Assembly (NCBI GenBank): GCA_035509915.1
Contig: DATKIB010000172.1
Coordinates: 609-64,608 of the forward strand
Source of the DNA: Acidimicrobiales bacterium
GTDB taxonomy: Bacteria > Actinomycetota > Acidimicrobiia > Acidimicrobiales > UBA8190
Length of the DNA: 64,000 nt
Direction: 5' to 3'
The notes beneath the pieces are model-generated. The model saw only the letters and a program-made list of their open reading frames with translations. It ran no database searches and was not told the DNA's origin. Shown here in pieces: positions 1 through 9,531 of this stretch; within the stretch, counting starts at the first letter, position 1, and each line of letters opens with the position of its first letter. Position numbers and translations under genes: made by a program.

Positions 1-1
1 G

Positions 2-820
2 GGCATCCTCGTTGCGGAAGCGGTCACGCTGTTGCATGCGCGCTGGGCCGCGGACCGCGCCTGGGGCGGACGAGCTCGAAGAGCGCGCGCCGATGAGATG
101 GAATCCGTCACCGGCGTAGCAGGTGTGCCGGTTGTCTCCGGTGCCGCCCGTGCCGCCGCTGCCACAGGTCACGGAGTGCGTGGCGAGCACCAGCGCCTGG
201 TGCGCGACGTCCTCGGGGCACTGGTCGCAATGGCCCTGCTGGCCTACCTCCAGAACGTCGACGTGATCGTCCTGGGCCGGGAGGCTCCCGGTGGTACAGG
301 CCCCTATGCCGCCATCTCCGTAGCGAGCAAGGCGCTCGTGTTCGGCGCGATCGCCCTGGGTGGTTACCTCCTGCCGGAGGCCGCCATCGAATGGCACCGA
401 GGCGGGCACGCTCTTCGGCAGCTGTGGGTGACGGTGCTCTTTCTGGCGGTACCGGGCGCAGTGCTCCTGCTGGGCGCGATCGCCTTCCCTCGCTGGTTGC
501 TCTCGCTCGTGTTCTCCGCCAGATATGTGGGAGCGCACGCGGCGTTCTGGCCCCTCGTCCTGGCGATGTGCTTCCTGAGCGTCACGGTCGTGCTCACGAT
601 TTACCTACTGGCGGCCGGGCAGCGCTGGATAGGAGGACTGCTCGCGGTGGGCGCGGTCGCGGCGACCGTCGCCCTGGCGGCGGCTCACGGTGCTTACAGA
701 CCGACGGCTCTGGCCGACCTGGCGGTACAGGGCGGCTTGGCGCTGTCGACGGCTGCGGTGTTCGTCCGGCTGCACTCGAGGCGAGTGTTCGTCGCGACGA
801 CCGAACGGCTGGCGGCTTGA
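2..820 (+). CDS. Polysaccharide-biosynthesis / oligosaccharide flippase (MOP, Wzx-like) membrane protein, C-terminal part; the 5' end lies outside the window
   Basis: The reading frame is open from nt 2, with no stop upstream of listed ORF 32..820. Multi-TM hydrophobic sequence with LQNVDVIVLGR...YAAISVASKALVFG...LLPEA, typical of flippase C-terminal domains. Stop TGA 818-820 overlaps the TTG of the next gene. Confidence 0.5.
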   Translation, partial: GILVAEAVTLLHARWAADRAWGGRARRARADEMESVTGVAGVPVVSGAARAAAATGHGVRGEHQRLVRDVLGALVAMALLAYLQNVDVIVLGREAPGGTGPYAAISVASKALVFGAIALGGYLLPEAAIEWHRGGHALRQLWVTVLFLAVPGAVLLLGAIAFPRWLLSLVFSARYVGAHAAFWPLVLAMCFLSVTVVLTIYLLAAGQRWIGGLLAVGAVAATVALAAAHGAYRPTALADLAVQGGLALSTAAVFVRLHSRRVFVATTERLAA

Positions 821-2112
821 CGTCCGCGGGGCTAGTCGGACGTGGTCAGGAGCCGGAGCCCGAGCGCGAGCTCGACGCGGCTCGAGAGCGCCAGCCCGGT
901 GCGACTTCCCTGTCGGGTGCGCCCGACGGCAACGCGTGTGAGGAGCTCGTCGCACGCGCGGCCGAGATCGGTCTGCGCCGGGTCGAGCTGGTCGCCTGGC
1001 GGGATCTCGATGATCCCGAGGCTGGTGGGTCCGAGCTTCATTCGCACCGCATCGCCTCGCGCTGGGCCGAGGCCGGCCTCGACGTCGATTTTCGGACCTC
1101 GGCCGTCCCGGGGCAACCGCGGACGGTAGAGCGCTCCGGGTACCGCGCGGTACGTCGCAACGGCCGCTACAGCGTGTTTCCGGCGATCGCATGGGAGGGC
1201 CTGCGCTCCACCCGCGAAGCGGACGCGCTCGTCGAGGTCTGGAACGGCATGCCCTTCTTCTCACCGGTGTGGTTCCGAGGTCCGAGGCTCGTGTTCCTGC
1301 ACCACGTGCACGCCGAGATGTGGGGGATGGTCCTCCCACGGTCTCTGGCGGCCCTGGGTCGCACCGTGGAGTCCCTCCTCGCTCCAGTGCTCTACCGGCG
1401 CAGCCGTATCGTCACGCTCTCGCATTCCTCGCGCGAAGAGATCGTCTCGATGCTCCGTATCCCCGAACGCCTCGTGAGCGTGGTGCCTCCGGGCGTGGAC
1501 CCCGCGTTCACGGCCGAGGGAGAGCGCTCGTCCCAGCCGTTGGTGGTCGCGGTCGGTCGGCTCGTACCGGTCAAGCGCTTCGACATGTTGATCGAAGCGC
1601 TCGCCCTGGCACGTGAGAAGCGCCCCGACTTGAAGGCGGTGATCATCGGCGAAGGCTATGAGCGTGACCGGTTGGAGCAGATGAGACGCGACTTCGACGC
1701 CACGCAGTGGCTGGAGCTACCAGGGCACGTGAGCCAGCAGGAGCTCAGGGCCTGGTACCGCCGGGCCTGGGTGGTCGCTTCGACTTCGTTGCGCGAGGGC
1801 TGGGGGATGACCCTGACCGAGGCCGGCGCCTGCGGGACGCCTGCTGTCGCGTCGCGTATCGCCGGCCACCGTGACGCGGTCGTCGACGGGTCCACCGGCC
1901 TCCTAGCCGACGGGGTCGAGGACGTCGCCGCGGCGCTGTCGAGGTTGCTCGGCGACGACCTGCTGCGGAGCCGGTTGGGGCGGGCAGCGGAGCACTACGC
2001 CCGCAGTTTCTCTTGGGACGCCACCGCTGCTCGGACCCTGGAAGCCCTTGTGGACGAGGCGGCCGGCTCCTCCTCGCTGCGGCGCGTGGGTAGCGCCGCG
2101 GTCGATCTCTAG
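817..2112 (+). CDS. Glycosyltransferase family 4 (GT-B fold)
   Basis: The C-terminal two thirds of ORF 391..2112 carries GT4 hallmarks: PPGVDPAFT, VVAVGRLVPVKRFDMLIEA, EGWGMTLTEAGACGTPAVASRIAGHRDAVVDGSTGLL. The in-frame TTG at 817 overlaps the upstream stop (TTGA). No ATG or GTG lies in frame between 820 and the conserved domain, so the start is uncertain. Confidence 0.8.
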   Translation: MTSAGLVGRGQEPEPERELDAARERQPGATSLSGAPDGNACEELVARAAEIGLRRVELVAWRDLDDPEAGGSELHSHRIASRWAEAGLDVDFRTSAVPGQPRTVERSGYRAVRRNGRYSVFPAIAWEGLRSTREADALVEVWNGMPFFSPVWFRGPRLVFLHHVHAEMWGMVLPRSLAALGRTVESLLAPVLYRRSRIVTLSHSSREEIVSMLRIPERLVSVVPPGVDPAFTAEGERSSQPLVVAVGRLVPVKRFDMLIEALALAREKRPDLKAVIIGEGYERDRLEQMRRDFDATQWLELPGHVSQQELRAWYRRAWVVASTSLREGWGMTLTEAGACGTPAVASRIAGHRDAVVDGSTGLLADGVEDVAAALSRLLGDDLLRSRLGRAAEHYARSFSWDATAARTLEALVDEAAGSSSLRRVGSAAVDL

Positions 2113-5100
2113 TCGCCCTGTCGCCCGCCAGCCCGCCGGTCGGGCTGCACGGTGCTCCGATCGCGCCACGAGCGCGCCGTGTCGGCGACCGCGTCCGCGC
2201 CGAGCGCCACCACCGCCATCCAGACCAACAGCGAGGCCGACTCGTACGCGGAGGGCCAGTTGGAGCTCTCGGGCACGAAGTGGAGTGCCTGGCCGGCCAC
2301 GATGCTCACGGCCGCGGCCACGAGCAGGCCGACGGCTGCGAGGGTGAGGACTCCGCGCAACCAGCGCAGCGACAGTGCTGCGGCGGTCGCCGCGGCGGCT
2401 TCGCCGCCGACGAGAGGGGACACGATGGCGCTCGCCGCGAGCCCGGCGAGGATCGAGAGTGTCACCACCGCCCAGACCCGGGGTCGCCGCCCGCCGCCGG
2501 ACAAGGGCATCGAGAGGACCGGCTCTCCCCACGAGGCGAGCGCGGGGCCGGGCGGAGACTCGATGGTGCCGGTCGCGGCCGGCACGGGGGAGACGGCTGC
2601 GGGCGCCGGTCCCGCGCCTCGCAACCGCAGGAGCATGCGCCGCGCCTCGAGCGCGACCGAAAGAGCCGCAGAGGCGGCCGAGAGCAAGGGCTCGGCTCTT
2701 CGGCGCGTGCTGCGCTCGGGACGCTTCGGGGCCGGTCGCGCTGGCCGGCGACGGCGCAGCCGCAGACGCAGCCGCACCGGCAGCACCGCCAGGGCGACAC
2801 AGGCGACGATGGCGGCTGCCGACAGCCCCAGCCCCACCCACACGCGCTGCTGAGGTGACCAGGACAGCGAGACGGTGAAGCTCGTTGCGCCTCCCTGGTC
2901 CATGCCCAGCTTCTTCAGGTCGCTGGCGGTGACCTGCCAGCCGTTGGCGAAAGCGTCGACCAGCTGAGGGTTTCCGAGGTCGATGCCCGCTCGGCCGCGG
3001 CCACCACCGCGACCGGTGCCACTGCCTTCGCGACCGCCACCTGCACCGCCTGCGGTGTCGCGCTGGGTCGTGGTCGACGAACCGGCCGAGGTCGCCACGG
3101 CCCTCCATCCGGAGTTGTTGCTCTGGCCGAACACCAATTCGAAAGGGGCAACGGCGCCGCTGACCCGCAGCGTCTCGCTGGTCGTGCTCTTGTGGGTCAC
3201 CGCCACGGTGGGGGCCGCGCCGGGCTGCGTGGCCGGTGTGGCCCCGAACGTTGCGGCCGGGGCCGGTCCGTCCCCCGAGGCCGAGTCCAGCAAGAGCTGG
3301 TCGATGTTCCATCCCGTGGAGGTCGTGTGCCCGAGTGCGGTCTCGACCACATGCTGGCCCGGCCCGAGGGTAACCCCTCCCGCGTCTGCCCCACACGGCA
3401 CGACCGACACCTCTCCGTCGTCGAGCGCAGTGCTTGTCGAGCCGCGGATGCTCACGCTGACAGGTCTGCCGTCGATCGACACGAGGTTCGACACACAATC
3501 ACCGGGGAGCTGCGCGGGGACCGGAGCGACCTGCACACCCGGGATCCCGACCTCCGCTATTGCCATGGGGAGGGCGATAGGGGTCGGGGAATCGAAGTTG
3601 GTCGAGCGCTCGAGCCTCACCCCGGTGATCGTGATGCGGATCTGGCTTCCGCTCAGGGGCGAGAAGGTCACCGGCACCGAGGTGGTCGCCCCGGGCGTGC
3701 GGGTGTCGGTGATGTGAGGGAGGGCGACCGACCGGCTGCCGTTCTCGGTGCTGACGGTGATCGAAGTCGGGACCGAGTGGCGCCCGTCGGCCACGACCTG
3801 GAGGTCGAGATGGTCGAAGCTAGTGGAGTCCGGCAGGTTGTACTCGAGCCATTCACCTTTCTCGTACGCGGCGCCGAACCCGGGTTGCCAGGCTGTGCCG
3901 AGGTCACCGTCCGCTGCCGCAGAGGCGCCGGCCCTCAGGTCTCCCGGGAGTCGCCCCTTCGAGTACGCGACCACGCCACTGCCGTCGGAGCCGGAACGGC
4001 CCACGAGCCGGTCGATCTCGTCGTCCGGGACGAGAGCCGAGAGGCTGGCGGAGCCCGCGATGGTGAACGTACGCGCAGTCGGCAGGGAGAACCCGCGCGA
4101 GATGGTCGTCTCGGGGTCGGCGCGGTATGGGAACGAGTATGGCGAAACGCGCTGGCGCGTCATGACGATGGTAAGGCGATTGCGGAGCGAGGAGGCACCG
4201 GTCGACTGGAGCAGGTCGCGCGGCATCTGGATGACCTCCACCACGTGCTGGCCGGGCACCTCGACCTCCGCGAAGCCCACACTCGTCGCGTTGAAAGTCG
4301 ACCTGTGGTCGTCGCTCGTGGCGTCGATCGTTATGCGAAGGGAGTGGAACGTGCGGGCAGGGAAGGACACCACTTGCCCTTGGGCCGAGCGCGAGGAGGG
4401 ACCCAGACCGGCGGTGAACTTGTGACCGCCGTCGAAGGTAAGGGTGATCCGGGTGATCCAGCGGCTCGTGTTGCCTGATTGAGGCTGCACCAGCGTCACG
4501 TGGTCGGCCGACACAGCGTTCTGGAAGTGGGCTTGCCACCACTGACCGGCCGGGTCTGGCACGAAGGTGCCCGTGTTCCAGCTTGTGTCGAGGTTGGCGT
4601 CTATCGCGTTGTCAGGTCGGTCCTCGGGCGTGTAGGAGACGGCGTCGCCGTAGGAAGAGGCGGTGACATCTACCGCGCCGACGTACGAAGCCGTGGTCCT
4701 GGAATCGGAGGGGGCAGCTGGGGACAAGTCGATGGGACTGTCGCTTGGGTCGGTGCGCTCAGGGTCCTCGGAGGGAGTCTCGGTCTCGCCGTAGTTTGCC
4801 GAGACGGTGTCCCACCGGAACGCTTGCTTGCGGTTGGTGTCCGTCACCACGAGCTGGCCACCGGCGGCCACCAGCTGGTGGAGCTGCCCTGGGTCGGTGT
4901 CGAGGCTCGACGAGTAGTAGATGGCGCTGTCGGTGTCGAGCAGGCCGGCGTCGGCGAGGTCCTGCAACCCTGTGGCGTCACCGGCGACCACCAACGCGCC
5001 GGAGTCGGACTCGGCGCGTGTGACGGCCCGCGGGTCCTGCACCGTGAAGTCGACCAAGGGCGAAGGCCAAGCCAAGGGCTGGAGGGAAGCGAGGTCCTGG

Positions 5101-6845
5101 CCGTCGAGGGTGGAATAGCTCGATATGTTTGGCGCCGGCTTCCCGAACGACACTGGGTCCGACAGGCCCGCCGGAGTCTGCTGCAGTTGCTGGGCCAATA
5201 GCTGCGGCTGTGGCACGCCGTAATGCTCGTAGCGCTGGTCGTACTCGACGAGCACGTCTCCTGCGCTGAGGAGCCTCGCCATCGGGGCGAGCGAGTCCCA
5301 CTGCTCGGTCCCGGACTGGATCGGGTCGTCGAGGGCGAACAGGGTGTCGGCGGTGGCAATGGAGCCCATCACCTGCTGTTCGCGTGTGACGAACGGCCGG
5401 TCCAAGAAGGCCGGCTGGGGGGTGTCCACGGTGTCTCCCCACCGGTAGGAGGCGAAGTTGTCGCCGGGTATCGCTAGGACCCTGGTCGACTTGTGGGTGG
5501 CGTTCAAGTGAGCGATCGCTGCCGTCTCGTACGAAGGGAGCTTGGCGGGCTGGGTGAAGAAGCTCACGACTTCAGCGTCGCCGTTGAAGATCGCCGGGTT
5601 GGCGGCGACGACCGCCGCTGCCGCGAGCAAGGCGCACGCGTAGCCGAGCATCGGTAGGCGCATTCGGATAGCCGAGATCCCTGCGGCTAGCAGCACGGCG
5701 AGGCCGAGTATGACAAGCGGTGTCGCGCGGTCGGTGGAACGAAGTGCGAGGCCTGCGGTGGTGTCGGACATGAACTGCTTGAGCAGACCGCCTACGGGTG
5801 TCGGGTTCGTGTACGGATGTGGCCCCACCGAGAGCACGACCCCCACGACGACGAGAGCGACGAAGTACGCGCGATAGCGCCATCGCACGATCACGGCCGC
5901 CAGGAAGGCGAGGACCGGCACTAGGAACGACACAGAGAGGAGCCACAGCTGTTGGGTGTACATGACGGCCGACTGCGCCCAGGGACCGAGCCTGTCGGCT
6001 CCGTAGAAGTACCAGTAGCCGAGGCCGCGGATCACCTCGGACGCGCTCGAGGTCTCGCTCGTCGCAGTGAGTGTCTCGGTGTATCGCAGGACGTCCACGC
6101 CGTAGCCGGCTTCGACCACCAACCCCGTTATCCACCACAAGCAGCACAAGAAGGTGAGCACCACCATCTTGAGCGCCGCCTCCCCGGCCTGGCGCCAGGT
6201 GCCCTCGCGGCCCGCCGCGACGGCGAAGACGAGCCACAGAGCCGGTGCAACCGCGACGTAGATGATCGAGCTGGCGTTGATCCCGCTGGTGACGGCGACG
6301 GTCAAGGCGAACAGCGCCGGGTACCTCCAGCCGCCTTTGCGCAACGCACGCGCCGCGAACGCGACCATGAACGGGAGCCCGGCCCACGGGAGGAGGATGA
6401 CCGAGATCCGCCCTGAGTACTGGAGCAGGTAGGGCGAGATCATGAACGCCAGTGCTCCGACCGTCCGGCCGGGTGAGCGCACGTCGACCGTGCGGCACAG
6501 CAGGAGAAGTCCTGCTCCGGCGGCGAAGATGACGGAGCCGAGCCAGAGGCGCTGTGCGACCCACACCGGCACCCCTGCGACCGAGAAGAACCAGTAGAAG
6601 GGACCCATCGGCAGTAGGTAGCCGATGTACTCGTGGGTGACGGTGCCCAGCGCCACCGACGGGTCCCACATGCTCGCGACCTGCCGGAGGAAACGCCCAG
6701 GGTCCAGGTACAGGTATGTCTTGGTGTCGGAGGTCACCACGCCGGGTTTCACGACCAGCAGCGGGATGTACGCGATCGCCGCGAGAAGCAGGTGCTCGGC
6801 CAGACTGGTGCGGAAAGTCTCGGTGGGGGTGGTGGTCTTGGTCAT
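2109..6845 (-). CDS. AftD-like alpha-(1->3)-arabinofuranosyltransferase family protein (DUF3367 GT-C membrane domain plus F5/8 type C / discoidin-like carbohydrate-binding region), 1578 aa
   Basis: N-terminal multi-TM region DTKTYLYLDPGRFLRQVASMWDPSVALGTVTHEYIGYLLPMGPFYW is typical of the DUF3367/AftD family. A long soluble middle part contains DNAIDANLDTSWNTG (discoidin-like), followed by C-terminal TM helices. Start taken at ATG 6845 (MTKTTTPTETF); the listed ORF extends to 7076. Confidence 0.8.
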   Translation of the reverse strand: MTKTTTPTETFRTSLAEHLLLAAIAYIPLLVVKPGVVTSDTKTYLYLDPGRFLRQVASMWDPSVALGTVTHEYIGYLLPMGPFYWFFSVAGVPVWVAQRLWLGSVIFAAGAGLLLLCRTVDVRSPGRTVGALAFMISPYLLQYSGRISVILLPWAGLPFMVAFAARALRKGGWRYPALFALTVAVTSGINASSIIYVAVAPALWLVFAVAAGREGTWRQAGEAALKMVVLTFLCCLWWITGLVVEAGYGVDVLRYTETLTATSETSSASEVIRGLGYWYFYGADRLGPWAQSAVMYTQQLWLLSVSFLVPVLAFLAAVIVRWRYRAYFVALVVVGVVLSVGPHPYTNPTPVGGLLKQFMSDTTAGLALRSTDRATPLVILGLAVLLAAGISAIRMRLPMLGYACALLAAAAVVAANPAIFNGDAEVVSFFTQPAKLPSYETAAIAHLNATHKSTRVLAIPGDNFASYRWGDTVDTPQPAFLDRPFVTREQQVMGSIATADTLFALDDPIQSGTEQWDSLAPMARLLSAGDVLVEYDQRYEHYGVPQPQLLAQQLQQTPAGLSDPVSFGKPAPNISSYSTLDGQDLASLQPLAWPSPLVDFTVQDPRAVTRAESDSGALVVAGDATGLQDLADAGLLDTDSAIYYSSSLDTDPGQLHQLVAAGGQLVVTDTNRKQAFRWDTVSANYGETETPSEDPERTDPSDSPIDLSPAAPSDSRTTASYVGAVDVTASSYGDAVSYTPEDRPDNAIDANLDTSWNTGTFVPDPAGQWWQAHFQNAVSADHVTLVQPQSGNTSRWITRITLTFDGGHKFTAGLGPSSRSAQGQVVSFPARTFHSLRITIDATSDDHRSTFNATSVGFAEVEVPGQHVVEVIQMPRDLLQSTGASSLRNRLTIVMTRQRVSPYSFPYRADPETTISRGFSLPTARTFTIAGSASLSALVPDDEIDRLVGRSGSDGSGVVAYSKGRLPGDLRAGASAAADGDLGTAWQPGFGAAYEKGEWLEYNLPDSTSFDHLDLQVVADGRHSVPTSITVSTENGSRSVALPHITDTRTPGATTSVPVTFSPLSGSQIRITITGVRLERSTNFDSPTPIALPMAIAEVGIPGVQVAPVPAQLPGDCVSNLVSIDGRPVSVSIRGSTSTALDDGEVSVVPCGADAGGVTLGPGQHVVETALGHTTSTGWNIDQLLLDSASGDGPAPAATFGATPATQPGAAPTVAVTHKSTTSETLRVSGAVAPFELVFGQSNNSGWRAVATSAGSSTTTQRDTAGGAGGGREGSGTGRGGGRGRAGIDLGNPQLVDAFANGWQVTASDLKKLGMDQGGATSFTVSLSWSPQQRVWVGLGLSAAAIVACVALAVLPVRLRLRLRRRRPARPAPKRPERSTRRRAEPLLSAASAALSVALEARRMLLRLRGAGPAPAAVSPVPAATGTIESPPGPALASWGEPVLSMPLSGGGRRPRVWAVVTLSILAGLAASAIVSPLVGGEAAAATAAALSLRWLRGVLTLAAVGLLVAAAVSIVAGQALHFVPESSNWPSAYESASLLVWMAVVALGADAVADTARSWRDRSTVQPDRRAGGRQGD

Positions 6846-7011
6846 CGAAAGCGCGTCTCGCCGGCGCACCGAGTCCGTCGGGCGGTTCTCCGTTGGACGG
6901 GCGAGCCGAGAGGGCAGCTCGGGACCCGGGAGGTCACGGTAGTGTAAGGCCGGCTCGCCCTGGTGGCGGCTGCGTCTTTGGCCCGCGACACCGACATGGG
7001 CAGGGAGCGGC

Positions 7012-7842
7012 GTGCAGACGATCTCTTCGAGCACCTCGAGCAGGCTGACGGGTGAGCGTCCCCGGCAAGGTGTCACGCCCGACTCGTTGCTGGCATTGCA
7101 CGACGCGGGTTACCGGGCGATCACGGATCGCCTCGGGCGCGGGGCGGTGTTGGACGTCGGCTGCGGGGAGGGCTTCGAGTCGATCCGTCTCGCCGGCGAG
7201 GGGCGGAGGGTGTTCGGCGTTGATTACAGCGAGGAGGCCACCAGGTCGGCTGTTGCGAGGTTCGGAAGCGAGGGGCTTCAAGTCGCCAGGATGGACGCGC
7301 TGCGGCTCGGCCTGCGTGGAGGAGGTTTCGACTGGGCGTCGTCGTCGCACATCATCGAGCACTTCGACGAACCCGGCCTACACGTGTCCGAGTTGGCGAG
7401 AGTCCTCTCCCCAGAGGGGACAGCTTTCTTCCTGACGCCCAACGAGCCGGCAGATTTCGAGAACCCCTTTCACATCCATCTGTTCGGGCCCGAGGAGCTG
7501 CATGCCACGCTGTCGCGTCACTTCGCCAAGGTCTGGGTGGGAGGTCTCGACGCCGTCGAGCGGGTGAAGGAAGACCTCGCGGCGAGGCGCGCGAAGGCTG
7601 ACAAGCTGCTGTCGCTCGACGTGTTCGACTTGAGGCACAGGATCCCGCGGCGCTGGTACGTCGCCGCCTATACGAGGCTCTTGCCATTGGCGTACCGGCT
7701 GTTGGCGCGCCGGGACGCTGGCGGCGACACCGGTATCTCGGCCGACGACTTCTTCGTCACCGACACGGTGGACGACACGACCCTGGTGTTGTTCGCGATC
7801 GCCAGTAGGCCCCGCGGCGGGCAGCCTGCAGCGGCCAGCTGA
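7012..7842 (+). CDS. Class I SAM-dependent methyltransferase
   Basis: Motif I VLDVGCGEGFESIRLAGEGRRVFGVDYSEEA. Divergent from the AftD-like gene. GTG start at 7012. Confidence 0.8.
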   Translation: MQTISSSTSSRLTGERPRQGVTPDSLLALHDAGYRAITDRLGRGAVLDVGCGEGFESIRLAGEGRRVFGVDYSEEATRSAVARFGSEGLQVARMDALRLGLRGGGFDWASSSHIIEHFDEPGLHVSELARVLSPEGTAFFLTPNEPADFENPFHIHLFGPEELHATLSRHFAKVWVGGLDAVERVKEDLAARRAKADKLLSLDVFDLRHRIPRRWYVAAYTRLLPLAYRLLARRDAGGDTGISADDFFVTDTVDDTTLVLFAIASRPRGGQPAAAS

Positions 7843-7871
7843 GCGCCGACTCGGGAAACGGTTCCGAGTCG

Positions 7872-8492
7872 GTGCTCGCGGTTGGCCTAACCGGTGGGAT
7901 CGGCTCGGGAAAGTCGACGGTGGCGCAGATCATGGAGGAGCGAGGAGCGCTCTTGATCGACGCCGACCGCGTCGCGCGCGAGGTGGTGGAGCCCTCAGGC
8001 CCCGCCTACGGGCCGCTGGTGGAGCGCTTCGGACGCAGGATCCTGTCGGCGGACGGGACGATCGACCGCAAGGCGCTGGCAGCGTTGGCCTTCGCCGACC
8101 CGAAGGAGCTCGAGGCGCTCAATGCGATCACCCACCCAGCCATCGGGGTCGTCATGGTCGAGCGACGACGAGAGGCCGAGGGTACAGATCGCGTCGTGCT
8201 GCTGGACATCCCCCTTCTGCGGCCGGTGCACCGTCAGGTGCTGTCGTTGGACGCGGTGGCGGTGGTGGACTGTCCAGTCGACGTTGCGATCGAGCGCCTG
8301 GTCGTGCAGCGTGGCTTCGACCGTGGTGACGCAGAGGCGCGCGTGTCCGCGCAGATCGGCCGCGACGAGAGGATCGCCGGCGCCGAGTTCGTCATCGACA
8401 ATTCGGGCGACCTCGCCCACCTGCGCTCGCAGACGCTCGAGGTGTGGGAGGAGCTGACCAGACTGGAGCGGGCCAAGGAGAAGCGCATTTGA
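7872..8492 (+). CDS. coaE: Dephospho-CoA kinase
   Basis: N-terminal P-loop VGLTGGIGSGKSTVA, then LIDADRVAREVVEPSGPAY and ITHPAIG; 206 aa. Confidence 0.9.
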   Translation: MLAVGLTGGIGSGKSTVAQIMEERGALLIDADRVAREVVEPSGPAYGPLVERFGRRILSADGTIDRKALAALAFADPKELEALNAITHPAIGVVMVERRREAEGTDRVVLLDIPLLRPVHRQVLSLDAVAVVDCPVDVAIERLVVQRGFDRGDAEARVSAQIGRDERIAGAEFVIDNSGDLAHLRSQTLEVWEELTRLERAKEKRI

Positions 8493-8560
8493 GCCATGGC
8501 GACGCTGCGCGTGGTGCTCGCAGGGCCATGACGCCCATGGCACCCCGACCCTCGGAGTGC

Positions 8561-9433
8561 TCAGTGCCTGCCCGGCGGGCGTCGCCACGCAGCGGCCTTG
8601 TGCCGGCTCACAGTTCGCCGGCCGCGGGCACGGTACTCGCTTCGCGCTCGCTCGCGCTCTTTTTCCTCGCGACGCTCGTGCCTGCGTTCCAGCGCGCCCA
8701 CCGCCCACTCGGGGACGAAGTAGGCGCCTGCGGCCACCGCAAGAGCCACCGCGGCGAACACCAACGAGGCAACGAGTGGCGTCGTGGTGTGCTCCATCGA
8801 GAAACCGGGCTCCGCCCTGCGCAGGAGCGCCTCCTCGGCCTGGGCGATCGAGGAAGCTGCGGACGTGGACACCTTGGTGCTGGAGGACTCCACGAGCTCG
8901 GTGACCACCGAGCGGTCGTAGCGGTACAGGACGGTGTAGGCGTAGCCGTCGGCCGCGCCGCTGCTCGATCCGGTCATTGCGAACGTTCGGGCCGTGCTTC
9001 CCGGCACTCCCGCGATCGAGAACGTCCCCTTCGCTGCGAGGGTCTGCCCGGTTAGCTGTGGGGTCTTGCCGAACTCCTTCTCGCTGTCGGCCAGGGTGGT
9101 GCGGGCCTCGGAAGGGTCGGGCAACAGCTGGAAGAGCATCCCCGCCTCCAGGGCGGACTTGTTGGAGCTGGCCCACTCGATCTCGTATATGCCAGTACGT
9201 GACGGGTCGCGCTTTCCGGCCTTCTTCACCACCGCGAAGGTGCTGGTGGAGGGGCTCACCGAGCTGGCCATCGTCGGCTTGGCGCGAAGCACATGGACCG
9301 GAGTGCGGTGGATCAAGAGCGCGCCGAGCAGACCCCGGTCGAGGTGGGACGTCCTGATGAAGGTGAAGTAGCCGGCCAGGCCCAGCACCAGCACCACCGC
9401 CAGCCTGGTGAGGCGCCACTTCCTGTTGTGCAC
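8561..9433 (-). CDS. Hypothetical membrane-anchored protein with two predicted TM segments flanking a Ser/Thr-rich extracytoplasmic domain and a basic C-terminal tail
   Basis: ORF of 290 aa. N-terminal [21 protein letters not shown], second [24 protein letters not shown], Arg/Glu-rich tail. I recognise no family. Confidence 0.45.
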   Translation of the reverse strand: MHNRKWRLTRLAVVLVLGLAGYFTFIRTSHLDRGLLGALLIHRTPVHVLRAKPTMASSVSPSTSTFAVVKKAGKRDPSRTGIYEIEWASSNKSALEAGMLFQLLPDPSEARTTLADSEKEFGKTPQLTGQTLAAKGTFSIAGVPGSTARTFAMTGSSSGAADGYAYTVLYRYDRSVVTELVESSSTKVSTSAASSIAQAEEALLRRAEPGFSMEHTTTPLVASLVFAAVALAVAAGAYFVPEWAVGALERRHERREEKERERARSEYRARGRRTVSRHKAAAWRRPPGRH

Positions 9434-9531
9434 CGCTGCACAGTACCGGCGGGCCGGCGAAGCAGTCTGGCAGCCGCTCGAGGGTCAAACGGAGAGCCCG
9501 GGCCGTCACACCCCGCCGGTACGATCGGCTG

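Noticed and set aside
391-816. N-terminal 142 codons of listed ORF 391..2112, which would give a 573-aa glycosyltransferase.
   Set aside because: This part lies entirely inside the flippase gene in another frame and translates to Arg/Gly-rich junk. GT4 homology starts only after about nt 960.
1903-3498. Long antisense or alternative-frame ORFs: 1903..3498, 3192..4478, 5572..6669, 7995..9728, 9313..10401, 13252..14403, 17135..18526, 17967..19052, 20958..22169, 37154..38821, 45830..46900, 55461..56477, 58870..59895, 62895..63893.
   Set aside because: They overlap well-supported genes with clear family motifs. Their translations are Arg/Pro/Gly-rich and of low complexity, as expected for shadow ORFs in high-GC DNA.
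8493-8560. An imperfect long-range inverted repeat (GCCATGGCG ... CGCCCATGGC) between the convergent coaE and the hypothetical gene, as a possible bidirectional terminator.
   Set aside because: The stem is imperfect, the loop is about 30 nt and there is no U-tract. Too weak to annotate.
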